From Malacoraja senta (taxonomy: Eukaryota), in assembly GCA_038087875.1 (NCBI GenBank), contig CM075991.1:3968001-4032000 (forward strand): a stretch of 64,000 bases of DNA, given 5' to 3'. The translations under genes were made by a program, and so were the position numbers. Each line of letters begins with the position of its first letter. The stretch's first letter is position 1. Positions 25,502-39,519 of the stretch are shown here, piece by piece. The notes under the pieces are model-generated. The model searched no databases. It was not told the origin of the DNA and worked only from the letters and a program-made list of their open reading frames with translations.

Positions 25502-25664
25502 CTGGAGGCAATTGTGTAAAGGGAGCGGCCATTAGTTTCGGACATTGAAAAGGAAGATGTAAAAGCAAGTGCATGCACTCCCCAACTTACATGATAAATC
25601 GCACTTACATATAATAATACACCACTGCTGATATCAATTCCCAGTATCTCTCACCCTCCAAAGA

Positions 25665-25885
25665 TACAGGTTCCCTGGAGAGGGAACACGCAGTGTCCAC
25701 GGGGACTATGGAGGCCTTCCGTGAACGATGGTCACCACGGGAGGTCGAATGTATTGTTGATAAAAATGTTAATATTTTAATTTGATAACTTTGTTTGTAA
25801 AATGCCAATAGAGGCATTCTTTGATCGTGTTACTACTTTGTATTTTTGTTTATTCTGAATAAAAGCATTTTGTATGAAAAAAAGC
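25665..25885 (+). mobile_element. Possible Tx1/L1-like LINE 3' end
   Basis: Reading frame SLEREHAVSTGTMEAFRERWSP...ILI*, then a T-rich UTR, AATAAA and a short A-run. The family call is from pattern recall. Confidence 0.5.
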
Positions 25886-28686
25886 CATACAGGTTTGTAG
25901 GTTAATTGGCTTTGGTAAAAATTGTGGATTGTCCTTAGTGTGTAGGATAGTGTAAGTGTGCAGGTGTTGTTGGTTGGAGCGGACTTGATGGGCTGAAGGG
26001 CCTGTTTCCGCGCTGTATCACTAAACTAATGTAGTAAACTAAACTACTGAAATAGGCCCGAAACGTTGCCTATTTCCTTCGCTCCATAGATGCTGCTGCA
26101 CCCGCTGAGTTTCTCCAGCACTTTTGTCTACCTACAGCACTTCATATTCTTGAGTGCAGATACTAAGATATTTGATAGCCAAAGATGCACAGCGCGATCC
26201 CGCAAACAATCGTTAGTTTTGTTCTGATTACGTGACTTGAGGGAGAACGTTGACCTGGACACTTTCATACGATCTCTCAGACCTCATTCAAGCCACGGTA
26301 AACTCCTTCTGTGATTCTTCCCTTGAGCTGGAGCCCTGAACCTGACTGCAGAGATTCATACCTCCAGCTGTACTGTTCATTGATTGTAATCCCCTTGTGA
26401 ATGAGAGACGGGCACTGTATGAACGAGTTGCACAGTTCACAACAGTCCCTACTCACTAAATGCAACGGGGCAACTGTACTTCACTCCCTGACATGTAAGC
26501 TGTTGATAGACACAAAATGCTGGAGTAACTCAGCGGGTTCGACATCATCTCTGGAGAAAATGAATAGGGTCGGAACCCTTCTTCAGACGTTGCTGCCTCA
26601 CCCACCGAGTTACTCCAACATTTCGCGTCTTTGTTTGGTATGAGCCAGCATCTGTAGTTCCTTCCCACACATGCAAGCTGTTTAACCAGTTTGGGTTTCC
26701 AGTGTCTAAGCAAAGTTAAATGCTGATTCAATAACCACTCTCACCCCCCCCCCCCTCCCCCACCCCCCACAATGCTTGTTGCAGATTGAGGAGTGAACGG
26801 CAAGGAGATGCCATGGAATCAGAGAGAAACACTGCACAGAAACAGGCCCTTTGGCCCACTCTGTCTGTGTTGACCGTCAACCACCCATTTACTCCAATCC
26901 AACGTTTTCTATTCTTCATACATTCCTTTCAACTCCCTCATATTCTACCCCCACACAGACACACTAAGGTCAATTTACAGAGGCCAATTAACCTACCTAC
27001 CCGCAAGCCTTTCAGATGTTGGAGCACCTGGAGGAAACAGGAGGTCACAGGGGGAACGGACAAACTCTGCACTGACAGCACCCGAGGTCGGGATCGAACC
27101 TGGATCTCTGGCGCCGTGAGGCAGCGGCACTACCAACTGTGCCACTGTGCCCTTCCAACTATGTGATACCAACAAATTAAAGACCTGATATGGTGCTCAG
27201 CTGCCCGAGAGCCTGGATGCCATCACAATCCAGTCAAATAACAGGCAGAAGGACCTTTCACAGTGTGAAAGTCTCGTATAGGGCTTTGGAGCCTGAATAT
27301 GCACTGCTGCAATGCAGTACATGCACTGGCCTATTGATGCACAGCTGCACCACATGAGCATGGCTAGACTAGACAGCCAGAATCTTTTTCCCAGGATGCA
27401 AAAGTCAATTACTAGAGGTTATAGCTTTTAGGTGAGAGGGGTAAAGTTTAAAGGAGATGTGCGTGTCAAGTTTTTATTACACTGAGGGTTCAGTGCCTGG
27501 AACACGTTGCTTGCGGTGGTGGTTGAAGCAGATACATTAGTGGCAATTAAAATACTTTTGGATAGATACTGTATATGGATATGCAGGGAGTGGAGGGATA
27601 TGGATAATGCGGAGGTAGATAAGTGATGGTCTTGGCACAGGCAGGGCCGAAGGTCTATGTTCCATGAGCAGCAATGTGATATGGGCTAGAAAATGTATTT
27701 TAGACTTTAGAGATACAGCGCTGAAACAGGCCCTTCGGCCCATCGAATCTGTACAAACTCCACACAGGCAGCACCCGTAATCAAGATCGAACCTGGGTCT
27801 CTGGCGCTATGAGGCAGCAACTATACTGCTTAGTTTAGAGAAACAACGGAAACAGGCCCTTCAGCCCATCGAGTCCGCGCCAACCAGCGATCACCCGTAC
27901 ACTAACACTATCCTACACACTAGGGGCAATTTAGAATTTTTACCGAAGCCGATTAGCCTACAAACCGCAACGTCTTTGGAATGTGGGAGGAAACTGGAAC
28001 ACCCAGAGAAAACCTGCACGGACGCAGGGAGAATGGACGATCTCCATACAGAAAGCACCCACTTAGGCAGGATCGAACCCGGGCCTCTGGCGCTGTGAAG
28101 CAGCAACTCTACCTCTGCGCCACTGCGCTGTCCTTAATGCAATTTTAATGCAATGTTAAATGAGGGATAAATATTGGTGTGGCCGCTGGGGACACTCAAC
28201 TCGTGTTCTTCAAAGTAGTGTTGAGGCAGCTTTTCCACCCATCTTAAATGGTAGCCAGGGATGCCACCCTGATCACGACTGGACCATGGAACCCCCTTTC
28301 CCCGAGTCACACTCAGCCCCTGGCTTCTCGGGACTTCTCTCATTCTGGGTGTGGTTTCCTCAGTGACGTTAAGACAATGGAGAAATTCCTGAATTTGAAA
28401 GCCACGGCAGAGCACAAGAACTTGAATAGTGAAAGAGATCACTGAAGCTCGCACAATGATAACGACGGCACAGTGGCACAGCGGTGGAGTTGCTGTCTCA
28501 CAGCGCCAGGGACCCGAGTTCGACCCCGACTACGGGTGCTGTTTGCACAGAGTTTGTACCATCAGCCCGTTATAGCTGGGGGGTTTTCCGAGATGTTCAG
28601 TTTCCACCCACACTCCAAAGACGTACAGGTTTGTGGGTTAGTTGGGTTTGTATAAATGTAAATTGCCCTAGTGTGTGTAGGATAGT

Positions 28687-30839
28687 CAGGGCCGGACTTA
28701 GATGAAGAGCTTGTGAGGCCCAATCCCCCACCCCCACGACGAGAGGAAGATGGAAGAGTCCATCGGATTGACACCGATGTGCAGCCGAGCGTGGCCAATG
28801 AGATAAGGGCTGGAAAGCTGCGCTTTTTATTTATTGCCAGTGCTAGTGTTGAGGTATCGGCTTAAAACACTATTATTCTGAAATGGAGGGCAAGGAAAAT
28901 TACTGAAGGGTTGTTTAGAGACTACAGTGCGTTGTGACACCATATGTAAGAAAGGCCTATGACAGTCAAAAATATTATACACCAGGCCCGTACGAAGCTT
29001 TTCAAAAAGGGGGTGGCATGGCAGGATTACAAATATTTTATGTGAAATAAGTGCACACAGCACATATCAGCACTCCAGAACCAGGGGCCACAGTTTAAGA
29101 ATAAGAAGTAAGCCATTTAGAACGGAGACGAGGAAACACTTTTTCTCACATAGAGTGATGAGTCTGTGGAATTCTTTGCCTCAGAGGGCAGTGGAGGTAG
29201 GTTCTCTGGATGCTTTCAAGGGAGAGCTAGATAGGGCTCTTAAAAATAGCAGAGTCAGGGGATATGGGGAGAAGGCAGGAACGGGGTACTGATTGGGGAT
29301 GATCAACCATGATCACATTGAATGGCCGTGATGGCTTAAAGGGCCAAATGGCCTACTCCTGCACCTATTGTCTATTGTCTATTGTCATATCACAAGCATA
29401 AAGCTCAAAGACCCTTGCGGCCGGGGTCCAGGGCCCACTTAAGGGCCCTGGAAGCTCTGGGGTTTTAGATGCTCTCTGGTGCATTCTGAGCCTTATTTTT
29501 GAGCATTTTTGCACCAAATTTATGACCAATATTTCAGAAATAATTTTGGTTGAGTCAAGAGTAATGAGTGGTTGGAATGGGATGATTGGGGTCATTGTTG
29601 TATACATTTTTTTTAATCAAGAATTGAAGCTGTCCTTGTTTTAATAATCAAGTTGTACTGTAGAATGTTATGTAAAATATTATAAAGGAGCATGCAAACA
29701 CTGCAAATAAAATACTGTACGTTTTTGCAGTAAATAAAACCTTTTTTTAGAAAATGTTTTCTGTGTTGATTTGATTGCCTGTTACTGTTCGACTGTGTTA
29801 GTGTGTGCACATTAAAAATATGATGCAAAATGAAAGTCGCAAACTATGGAATACAATAGACAATAGACGCAGGGGTAGGCCATTCGGCCCTTCGAGCCAG
29901 CACCGCCATTCAATGTGATCATGGCTGATCATCCCCAATCTGTACCCCAGAATTCCACACTCACCACTCTCTGAGAAAAAGTGAGAATACATGTTTTTCA
30001 TTATTGTTATCAAGGAAAATAAAGCATTTCCAATTGTTTGATATTGTTCATATGGAGGAGAAAATATAATTGCTCTAAAACCTACCTTAATTTTGCAATC
30101 TCACTAAAGATAATCCCCCTTTCCCTCTCCCCCCTCCTCCTCCCCCTCCCTCTCCCTCCACCTCTTTCTCCCTCCCCATCTCCCTCTCCCCCTCCCCCAT
30201 TCCCCACTCTCTCTCCCCTCTCTCTCTATCTCCCCCTCCCCTTCCTCTCTCTCCCCCTCTGTCTCAGCCCCCCCCTTTCCCCCCTCACATCCCCTCCTCT
30301 CTCTCCCTCCCTCCCCCCCTCTCTCCCTACCACGCAGCGAGGCTCCAACTCCGCACCGCAGACACTGCAGCCCCCCCGGCCCGGAGAAGCGGGCACTCCC
30401 GCAACACAATATTCCACTACTTACCTGGAGTAGACACGAGGCCTCGAGGTGATTGTGTGGAGTGCAAATGGAGATCTGAACCCACTGCGCAGGCGCGGAG
30501 AGACAGCGTCATTTTGTGTCTCTGCTGCGTCACCGGCTTCCCCCAACTGCGCAGGCGCTGATGGTCGCAATTTTTTCCCCCAAAACTTCCAGAGGGCCGG
30601 AACCAGAATTTCGGGTAATTTCTGTCAAAGTGGAAACGCTGATAGCGCTCCAATTTTATTTTTCCCTCGGGATTTTTTTTACTCTGGGAAAAAAACACCT
30701 TGGCCGGAGGCCCCCTAGGTTTTGAGGCCCTAGGCTTCAACCTATGAAGCCGATAGGTAAATCCGGCCCTGCCGAGGCCCCCCTAGATCTCGAGGCCCTA
30801 AGCTTAAGCTTGTGAAGCTTATATGTAAATCCGGCCCTG
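28687..30839. mobile_element. Non-autonomous hAT-like DNA transposon, 2153 bp, inserted in a SINE
   Basis: TIRs CAGGGCCGGACTTA (28687) and TAAATCCGGCCCTG (30826-30839); perfect 8-bp TSD AGGATAGT at 28679-28686 and 30840-30847. The SINE halves rejoin across it, and no transposase ORF is visible. Confidence 0.88.
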
Positions 30840-32271
30840 AGGATAGTGTTAATGTGTGGGGATCGCTGGTTGGCGCAGTCTCGGCGGGATGAAGGGTCTA
30901 TTTCCAAACTGTATCTTTAAACTAAACTAAATTAACTGTTCATAAATATTTTAAAAACAGGTTGGGACTTTATTCGCCTTTATGCTTACAATGCAGCAGT
31001 GACTTACAGAGCTGCTTCATGAAAAGTGGGACGGATATGTAGAGTCGCAGTGCCCTACAGCGAGGATCTGACACAGAAAATATTCAGGTCATGGTTTGAT
31101 GGATTAACTTGCGCACTTTTCATGTGAAAGCGGGGTTAATGGAAGTCGAAATAGCTATCTCGTACATCTGCCCATCACCCTATCAGTCTTAGGGGAATGG
31201 AATTAAGTGGTCACATAACTAGTCTACATAGGGCCAGGTGCCAGCAAACTCCAGGCATGGTAAGGCTTTGGTCAAAGGTAAGGCTTTGTATCTCCAAATT
31301 AAACGAATGCCCTGTTTCTCAGACAGGCTATTCGACAAAAATCACCATTCTCCAAAATTTACCATCTTCCCAACTGTCCCAAGATGTTGAAGGAGTCTTA
31401 GGGCTGCCGGGAAAGAAGGGGGGACCCGGTGAAGGGGCCGCCGAGAAAGAAGGGGGGACCCGTTGAAGGGGGCTGCCAAGATCAAGTGGGGCCATCAAGA
31501 ACAAAGGGGGGGCCCTGTGCGGAGCCGTCTGCTGCCTCGTGTGGCAACAGGCCAGGTTCGCTGCTGCAAGGACATGTAGACTGTTCGATGAACTTTTTGT
31601 AACTTTGTCGGCACCAGAACTGTGGTGACTCTTTGTGTACTGCTTGGGGGAGGTCTGGTGTATGATTCTACCGGGTTGTATGCAAAAACATAGTATCATT
31701 GAATCCTTGAATAACTTCATAAGCGTTCATAAGTGATAGGAGTAGAATGAGGCCATTCTGTCCATCAAGTCTACTCTGCCATTCAATCATGGCTGGTATA
31801 CCTTTCCCTCTCAACCCCATTCTCCCACCTTCTCCCCATAAACCCCCGACACCCGTACTAATCAAGAATTTATCTATCTCTGCCGTAAAAATATCCATTG
31901 ACTTGGCCTCAACAGCCAGCTGCGGCAATGAATTCCACAGATTCACCACCACTCTGACTCAAGAATCATTGGTATTAAAATTAATTTGAACTGTTACAGC
32001 CTACTAGAAACATAGAAAACAGGTACAGGAGTAGGCCTTTTGGCCCTTCAAACCAGTGCCGCCATTCAATATGATCATGGCTGATCATCCAAAATCAGTA
32101 CTCAGTTCCTGCCTTTTCCCCATGCCCTTGATTCCTAGCCCTAAGAGCTATATTTAACTCTCTTGAAAACATCCAGTGAATTGGCCTCCACTGCCTTCTG
32201 TGGCAGAGAATTCCACGAAGACCCCCACACTGCCAGGCACCTCCCCTCCCCTCCCCACCCCTCCAGCCTAC

Positions 32272-32483
32272 CTGTTCTTTAAACGTGAGGGGAGCTGGAT
32301 CACTTCTGTTATTGCAGCAGCGTTACGTTTTGCCATTGTGCAGATGTCCAGCTTCCTGTAACAATCCTCCTGAATGTCCGCGATCATCTTCTGAAAAGCG
32401 GAACATCTACGAATGGTGAAGAAGGCCTTGGATGTGATCCCGTTGACGATACACTTTAAACTGTCCTTGACGAAGGCTTTTCC
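32272..32483 (-). CDS. STC1: Stanniocalcin-1 exon 3
   Basis: cacag|GGAAAA ... AACAG|gtaggc; 212 nt: [70 protein letters not shown](R). Confidence 0.97.
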
Positions 32484-33067
32484 CTGTGGCACAAAACAAC
32501 GTCAGTCACAAACGTGCGGCTTACAAACAAGTATGAACAAAGAATAATTTCCTTAAATGGTGGATTTTATCTCAATGTAATGAAATGAAACTGCAAAGTG
32601 CTGGTTTATACCGAAGATAGGCACAAAATGCTGGATTAACAGAGAGGGTGCATTTCTTGGAGAAGAAGGATAGGTGACATTTTTCATGTCCGAGGAGCAG
32701 ATTTAGGCCATTCGACCCATCGTCTACTCCGCCATTCAATCATGGCTCATCTATCTTTCTCCCTGAACCCCATTTTCCTGCCTTCTCCCCATAACCCCTG
32801 ACACTTGCTAATCCAGAATCTGTCATTCTCTGCCTTGAAAAGATGATGGTTTGGGTCATGACCCTTCTTCAGACTGACTATCGTAAAGGGATTGAGGGGA
32901 AAAAAACTGGAAGTGAAGAAAAAATCAGGACAAATCCAAAAACGTACAGGTTTATAGGTTATGTGGCTTGGCATAAATGTAAATTGTCCCTAGTGTGTGT
33001 CGATAGCGTTAATGTGCGGGGATCGCTGGTCGGTGCGGACTCAGTGTGCTGAAGGGCCTGTTTCCAC

Positions 33068-33462
33068 CAAAGATCCTGTAGCAAGCAAGATAGACCATTC
33101 CTGCTAAATGCAATGGGCTGATGTGTAGTACGCAACGGAGAGGAACGTGGGCCCTTTTTTCATCCATTTCAGTAACCGGACCCGACCCGACTCGCAATGT
33201 AATCAACGTTGCGGGGGGACAGTTTGTGTTAATAAATTATAATTCTGAAAATGAGGAGAAGATTTTTCCCAAATAACTTTTATTTTTACGAGGATGTTTC
33301 CGAAACCTGCTTCCGTCTCCGCACTAGTTATCCTATGGGATCTTTGGTGCGGAGACAGAAGCCGGTTACGGAAATGGGGCCGAAAATTACCCATGAATCT
33401 GCCCATGACCGTACTATGGCTTTTTCGTCGAGTGATCTATCTCGCTCGCTATAGGATCTTTG
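33068..33462. mobile_element. hAT-like MITE (CAAAGATCCT.TAGC TIRs), copy 1
   Basis: TIRs CAAAGATCCTGTAGC / GCTATAGGATCTTTG; flanks GTTTCCAC / ATTTCCGC match at 6 of 8 positions. It sits in a SINE tail and is the reverse complement of the 54399 copy. Confidence 0.85.
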
Positions 33463-36400
33463 ATTTCCGCGCTGTATCCCTAAACATAACTAAACTAAAT
33501 CTGAGACCTCAGGCAAGGAGATTACCAGACAGGCTGATTGCTGGATAGAATTTTATCTCAAGTTCTTTGTCTCTTCAGCTCACCTCGTGTGAAGATCCAA
33601 CTCCTAACTAATAACCATCGATGTTAATCCTTGCTTTTGGCAGAGATATAGGGTTAATGACTTGCATCTGAATATGTGATGCCGTTTGTTTGGACCACAT
33701 TAAACTCCATCTGAATAGTTTTCACCACCAGTCCCTCCATGTACTTTCAACAATTATTATTGCCTGAGGCAGTACAATGGGGAAATGATTTACCAACAAA
33801 AAAAGAAAGTCCTTTCTCCTCATTTACATTCGACATTCCTTACACAGTCCCGTCCAGCAACAGTTTCCTTACACGGATTGTGGGCATAACAGTCTTCACA
33901 GGAAGAGTTTGGAAGAATCCCAGAGGATTTTCTTGCAACACCAAAGTGCGACCAGATGGTTTAAAGGATGTAAGAGCAAACACTGCTGATGCCTTAATTA
34001 TGGCCTTCCTGCTTTAACTCATTTTGGGAACCATTCATTTCGACCGGAAAAATATGCATGTCACTCTGCTCCGCAAAACAGAGTGGGAAACATGAGATAT
34101 TATAGGCTCATGGGTCTAACATCCATGTGGGAAAATTATAGTTGTCTCTTTAGCTTAGTTTAGTTTAGAGATAAAGGGCGGAAACAGGCCCTTCGGCCCA
34201 CCGAGTCTGCGCCGACCAGCGATCCCTGCACACTAATCTACCCAACACGCACTTTAGGGACAATTTACAATTATACAAAGCCAATTAGCCTAAAAACTGC
34301 ATGTCTTTGGAGTGTAGCAGGAAACCGGAGCTCCTGGAGGAAACCCACTCAGGCCACGGGGAGAACATACAAACTCCGTACAGACAAGCACCCGCAGTCA
34401 GGATCGAACCCGGGTCTCTGGCACTGTAAGGCAGTAACTCCACCATTGTGCCACCGTGCTGCCCTCTCAGAGAGCAAGAGCAGGACGTGGACATTTTCAC
34501 CAGAACACACGTGAATGCAAGAGAAACAAAGCAGAGTAGGCTACTCAAGATTGGCGTGCTATTCAACATAATCATGGCTGATCTACCCCGGGACCCAACC
34601 CATCTTCGGCGGCAGTTCCCCATTGACCTCTGTTACCCAATCGTCTAAATATTTCTTCTACTAATACCTCCAGTGATGCAAAGTCCACAATGCTCAGAGA
34701 TGCACCACAGCCAAGAGAAGAAATCCCTGTGTACCTCAGCTTTAAACGACCTCAACCTTTCTTGTAACTATGTTCCCATTGTACATGACCCTCCCACCAA
34801 TGGAAACATATTGACATCTACCTTGTCATGCCCCCATGGGATCCAATACGTTTCAATGAGAACACCCCCTCATTCTACTGAACAAAGAATTTAAATCCAC
34901 TTTCTTTAGCTACTCGGATTAGGTCAACACCTCTCTTTCCAGCAATTAACTTAATGAAGAAAAAATTGCTGGAGGAACTCAGCAAGTGAGGCAACATCCA
35001 TGAAGGGAAATGGCAGACAGTGTTTCGTTTCGGGACCCATCTTCAGTCTGAAGAACGGTACCATCTTGAAATGCCATCTGTCTATTCCCTCCACAGATGC
35101 TGGCTATCCCACCGAGTTACTCCAGCACTTTGTGTTTTGCTCAAGACACCAGCATCTGCAGTTTCTTGTGTCTCCATTATCCTAATCCTTCAACACTCGG
35201 AAAACCTTTCTTAAAAAGAAAGATCAAAAGGATTTTGAATTTGAACATTTTTGGTGACTAATATAATGAATGATCCACGGCTGTTACTTATTTCAAGAAT
35301 ACATTTGATTATATCTGCCAGAAGAGGCTGATCTTAAACTGTCAGCATTGAACGTAAATCACTAGTTTTTCTTGTAAAGTATTTTCTTAGAAGCCTTGTT
35401 CTTTAAGATCCAGCCAGCACTGCCAGTGGTAGTACTGCCAAGAGTGCTATCTTGATGGTCGCAGAAGTCCCCCAATCCATGGTACAGTCTTTGGCCCTTG
35501 CTCCCCAGAGAGCAGAGCGGCACTGATTCCTCAGGTGTGGGAGGAAAGTAGGCGATAAGCAGGAGGAGTCATGTTTGATGAGGGCCCCAAGTCAATGAGG
35601 GCCCCAAGTCATGTTCAGGGGGCCCCAAGCCAATGCTGAGCACCTCTAGATACATCCCTGTCTCAATGTACCCCACATCTGGGGTATCTCCACACCAGCA
35701 AATAGAGATTGATGGATGACCTGGGAAGTTGGCTGAAAGATTCCGTGCCTACTGATCGGCCGGCAGCTAGACTCTCCTGAGAGATGCCTCTCCTGATTCC
35801 GACACATGTTCCTGGACATTGGGAACAAGATTTTGCAGGGATCTACTGCGTTGGGCGTGTCACTGCCGAATCCAGTCAGCTACATGATCCATTATGCTAC
35901 AATCCTAATTTATTTACAGAAACAGTATTGTATATGGCTGCCAACCTGGACTCAGTGTTTAGTTTAGTTTAGAGATACAGGCCCTTCAGCCCACTGAATC
36001 CGCACCGACCAGCAATCCCCGCACATTAACACTAGCCAACACACACTTTACGGGACAATTTACACCAATCCGAACAACCTATATGCCTGTACGTCTTTGG
36101 AGTGCGGGAGGAAACTGAAGATATCGGAGAAATCCCACGCAGTCACGGGGGGAAAGCACAAACTCCATACAGACAGCACCTGTAGTCGGGATCGAACCAG
36201 GGTCTCCGGCGCTGCAAGCGCTGTAAGGCAGCAACTCCACCACCGCGCCACCCTAACCTTCGTCCAAAGCACACAATGTCACCAAGCACATTGTAATGGC
36301 TGGGAAACATCGGCAGACCAGACCCAGTTACAGGGCAGTAGATTTCTTCCCTAGAGGATCTCAGCTGGTCGATCCCTTCCCTCTTTGCTTCCTTTCTAGT

Positions 36401-37077
36401 GTACAATGTTTCACTCAAGTTTAGCTTTGAGTCCTTGCAATCCAACTATGATCCTATGCAACTGGTTTATCGGAGGTTCGGGAGTATGTTCCACTTGCCT
36501 GGACATGCGCAGTTCCAAAAGCACTGACGCAGCTAGAAGTGCTGCTGACTCACATCACCACAAACACAGGTTCGATCCTGATCTCGGGTGTTGTATGATG
36601 GAGTTTGCACAATCTCCCTGTGATCGACTGTGTTTCCTCCGGGTGCTCCGGTTTCCTCCCTTGCCCAAATATAAAGGGCAGCATGGTAGCGCAGTGGTAC
36701 AGTTGCTGCTTTACAGCGCCAGAGACCCGGGCTTGATCCTAACTATGAGTGCAGCCTGTATGGAGTTTGCGTGTTCTTCCCGTGACTGGTGGGTTTTCCC
36801 CAGGTGCTCCTGTTTCCTCCAATATTCCAAAGACGTACAGGTTTGTTGGTTGATGGGATTTGGTAAAGATTGTAAATTATCCCTAGGACAATTGGATAGG
36901 ATAATACTAGTGTTCGTGGTGATGCTGGTCGGCACGGACTCAGTGGGCTGAAGGGCCTGTTTCCACACTGTATCTCTAAACTCTATAACTGAATATGTTT
37001 TGGTAGGTTAATTGGCTGCAGTATATTGGTCCTAGTTTACAGATTAGTGGGAGGATACAAAGATAATGATGGGACAA

Positions 37078-37740
37078 TAATAGACAATAGGTGCAGGTGT
37101 AGGCCATTCGGCCCTTCAAGCCAGCACCGCCATTCAATGTGATCATGGCTGATCATCCCCAATCAGTACCCCGTTCCTGCCTTCTCCCCATATCCCCTGC
37201 CTTCGCTATTTTTAAGAGCCCTATCTAGCTCTCTCTTGAATGCATCCAGAGAACCTGCCTCCACCGCTCTCTGAGGCAGAGAATTCCACAGACTCACCGC
37301 TCTCTGTGAGAAAAAGTGTTTCCTCGTCTCCGTTTTAAATGGCTTACTCCTTATTCTTAAACTGTGGCCCCTGGTTCTGGACTCCTCCAACATCGGGAAC
37401 ATGTTTCCTGCCTCTAGCGTGTCCAAACCCTTAACAATCTTATATGTTTCAATGAGATCCCCTCTCATCCTTCTAAACTCCAGAGTGTACAAGCCCAGCT
37501 GCTCCATTCTCTCAGCATATGACAGTCCCGCCATCCCGGGAATTAACCTTGTAAACCTACGCTGCACTCCCTCAATAGCAACAATGTCCTTCCTCAAATT
37601 AGGGGACCAAAACTGCACACAATACTCCAGGTGCGGTCTCACCAGGGCTCTGTCCAACTGCAGGAGGATCTCTTTGCTCCTATATTCGATTCCTCTTGTT
37701 ATAAAGGCCAACATGCCATTCGCTTTCTTCACTGCCTGCT
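37078..37740 (-). mobile_element. CR1 LINE 3' fragment with an uninterrupted 189-codon ORF2 C-terminus
   Basis: ORF 37163..37732 reads KKANGMLAFITRG...GYGEKAGTGY; (TCTATTG)n tail. Confidence 0.93.
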
Positions 37741-37970
37741 TACTAATCTGGTTTGAGGAAGGGATCCGGTGAATTACTCCAGCTTTTTGTGTCTATCTTA
37801 GGTTTGTAGGTTATTTGTAGGTCTTCCATGCAAGCTCTGGTTTCCTCCCGCACTCCAAAGATGTTCAGGTTTGTAGGTTAATTGGCTTGATAAAATTGTG
37901 ACCATCTTAGTTGTGGCTGACCTATCTATGCCACGGGGCCCATAAAGAGACATATCAATGTGTGGCATAC

Positions 37971-38113
37971 CTGAGTGTCGAATTTAGCAGCACTGTACAG
38001 AAAGGACCTGCAGATGTCGTACATGCCGTCAGTGTCACAGGTGGAGTTCTCCAGGCACACAAATGCCCCACAGCCCACATGGAGAGCATTGTTCAGGCAC
38101 CGGATGATTTCAG
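37971..38113 (-). CDS. STC1: Stanniocalcin-1 exon 2
   Basis: ctctgcag|CTGAAATC ... ACTCAG|gtatgc; 143 nt: [48 protein letters not shown], the classic STC1 sequence with the NST sequon. Confidence 0.97.
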
Positions 38114-39519
38114 CTGCAGAGAAAGAAAACAGCGTTACTTCCAAAAGGCTTGGTGGAGTTGCCAACCCTAAAGGACTCCCGTTACACAACTCGTGTCTTG
38201 CAAGCAATTCTGAGGAAGAATTCCCAGCTAATTGGATAGGGATATGGATATGCAGGGAACATAGGTTATGCACAGGTGGATGTGATGGTCCTGGGATAGT
38301 GTTGGCATAGACATTGAGAGCCAAACAGCCTGCTCTTGTGCTGTACCATTCTATGTTCAAAATAAACCTTTTTTTCCTTCCTTTACTAAACATTTTCCAT
38401 CACTAAATGTCAAAGTGGTGAGGATGCAAACAGAGCAGATGCCAACTTTGATTGAGTGACAAGAATAATCCATGTGGCTCTCAAATCAGCACAGGAAAGT
38501 GGTACACTCTAAGGATGGGCATGTTGCTTGAACATTATGGGGAGAGAGGGGATGGAGTGGATACAAGTAGGAGGTCACAGGATTATATCCAGCCTTGGCA
38601 AGTCCAGTCCTGAAGCACTAAAGACACTATGAAAGATGGGCCTTATTACATATAAAGACAAAAAGTGTTGGAGTAACTCAACGGGTTAAGCAGCATCTCT
38701 GGACAATGTGGATAGTAACGTTTTGGGTTTGGACCCTTCCTCTGACTGCTCTGTACAGATGGTGGCAGCATCTGATGGGCAGGGAGCAAGAGCATCCATC
38801 ACAGAATCTCTCACCGCACAACCCCACAATGGCCACTTGGTACATTCATCTTCACTGTGCCCATTATTAACTGTAAGATATAGGAGCAGCATTAGGCCAT
38901 CTGACCCATCTGTGCCATTCGGTCAAGGCTGATCTATTTTTACCTCTCAACCCCAATCTCCTGCCTTCTCCCGTAACCTTTGACGCCTTTATTAATCATT
39001 AATGTATCAACCTCTACATTGGCACGGTGGCGATGCAATGGCCTTACAGCATCACAGACCTAGGTTCAATCCTGACTACGGGTGCTGTCTGTGTGGAGTT
39101 TGTACGTTCTTCCTGTGACCGAGTGGGTTTTCTCCGGGAGCTCCGGTTTCCTCCCACACTCCAAAGTTGTATAGGTTTGTAGGGATAATTGGGTTCGGTA
39201 AAATTGTCCCTAGTGTGTAGGATAGTGCTAGTGGAAGGTGATCGCTGGTCAGCGTGGACTTGGTGGTCTGAAGACCCTGTTTACGTGCTGTGTTTCTAAA
39301 CTAAACTTCCACTTTAAAGACTTCCCCACAAGCCCACAGCAAAACAATACACAAATAGGCTTTGTCGACTCTTATCTCTGACAACCAGTCTTTCCTTCTC
39401 TCTATAGAGCATCATAAATAAAGGCAGCACGTCCGCATTTCATGCCTCTGTAACTTGCTACCTGGGAGACTTCAGGTCTGATGCTGGAAAGATGGTGACT
39501 GAAGTCTCCAGAAATGGAG

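Noticed and set aside
25502..25578. N-terminal part of ORF 25228..25578 (likewise the non-exonic parts of 37926..38393)
   Set aside because: These segments lie outside the STC1 splice sites and are intronic.
30038..30433. Pro/Ser/Leu-rich and Gly/Glu/Arg-rich ORFs
   Set aside because: These are translations of a low-complexity polypyrimidine tract inside a transposon.
33203..33548. ORFs shared between 33203-33548 and 54407-54667 as a duplicated small gene
   Set aside because: Both lie within two copies of the same TIR-bounded MITE and show no recognisable protein motif.
33739..34017. 92-aa + strand ORF in STC1 intron 2 as a missing LOXL exon or nested gene
   Set aside because: It has no LOX motifs, no recognisable domain and no convincing splice signals.
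37163..37732. 189-aa ORF as a host gene or active retrotransposon
   Set aside because: It is only the C-terminus of CR1 ORF2, lacking the endonuclease and RT domains.
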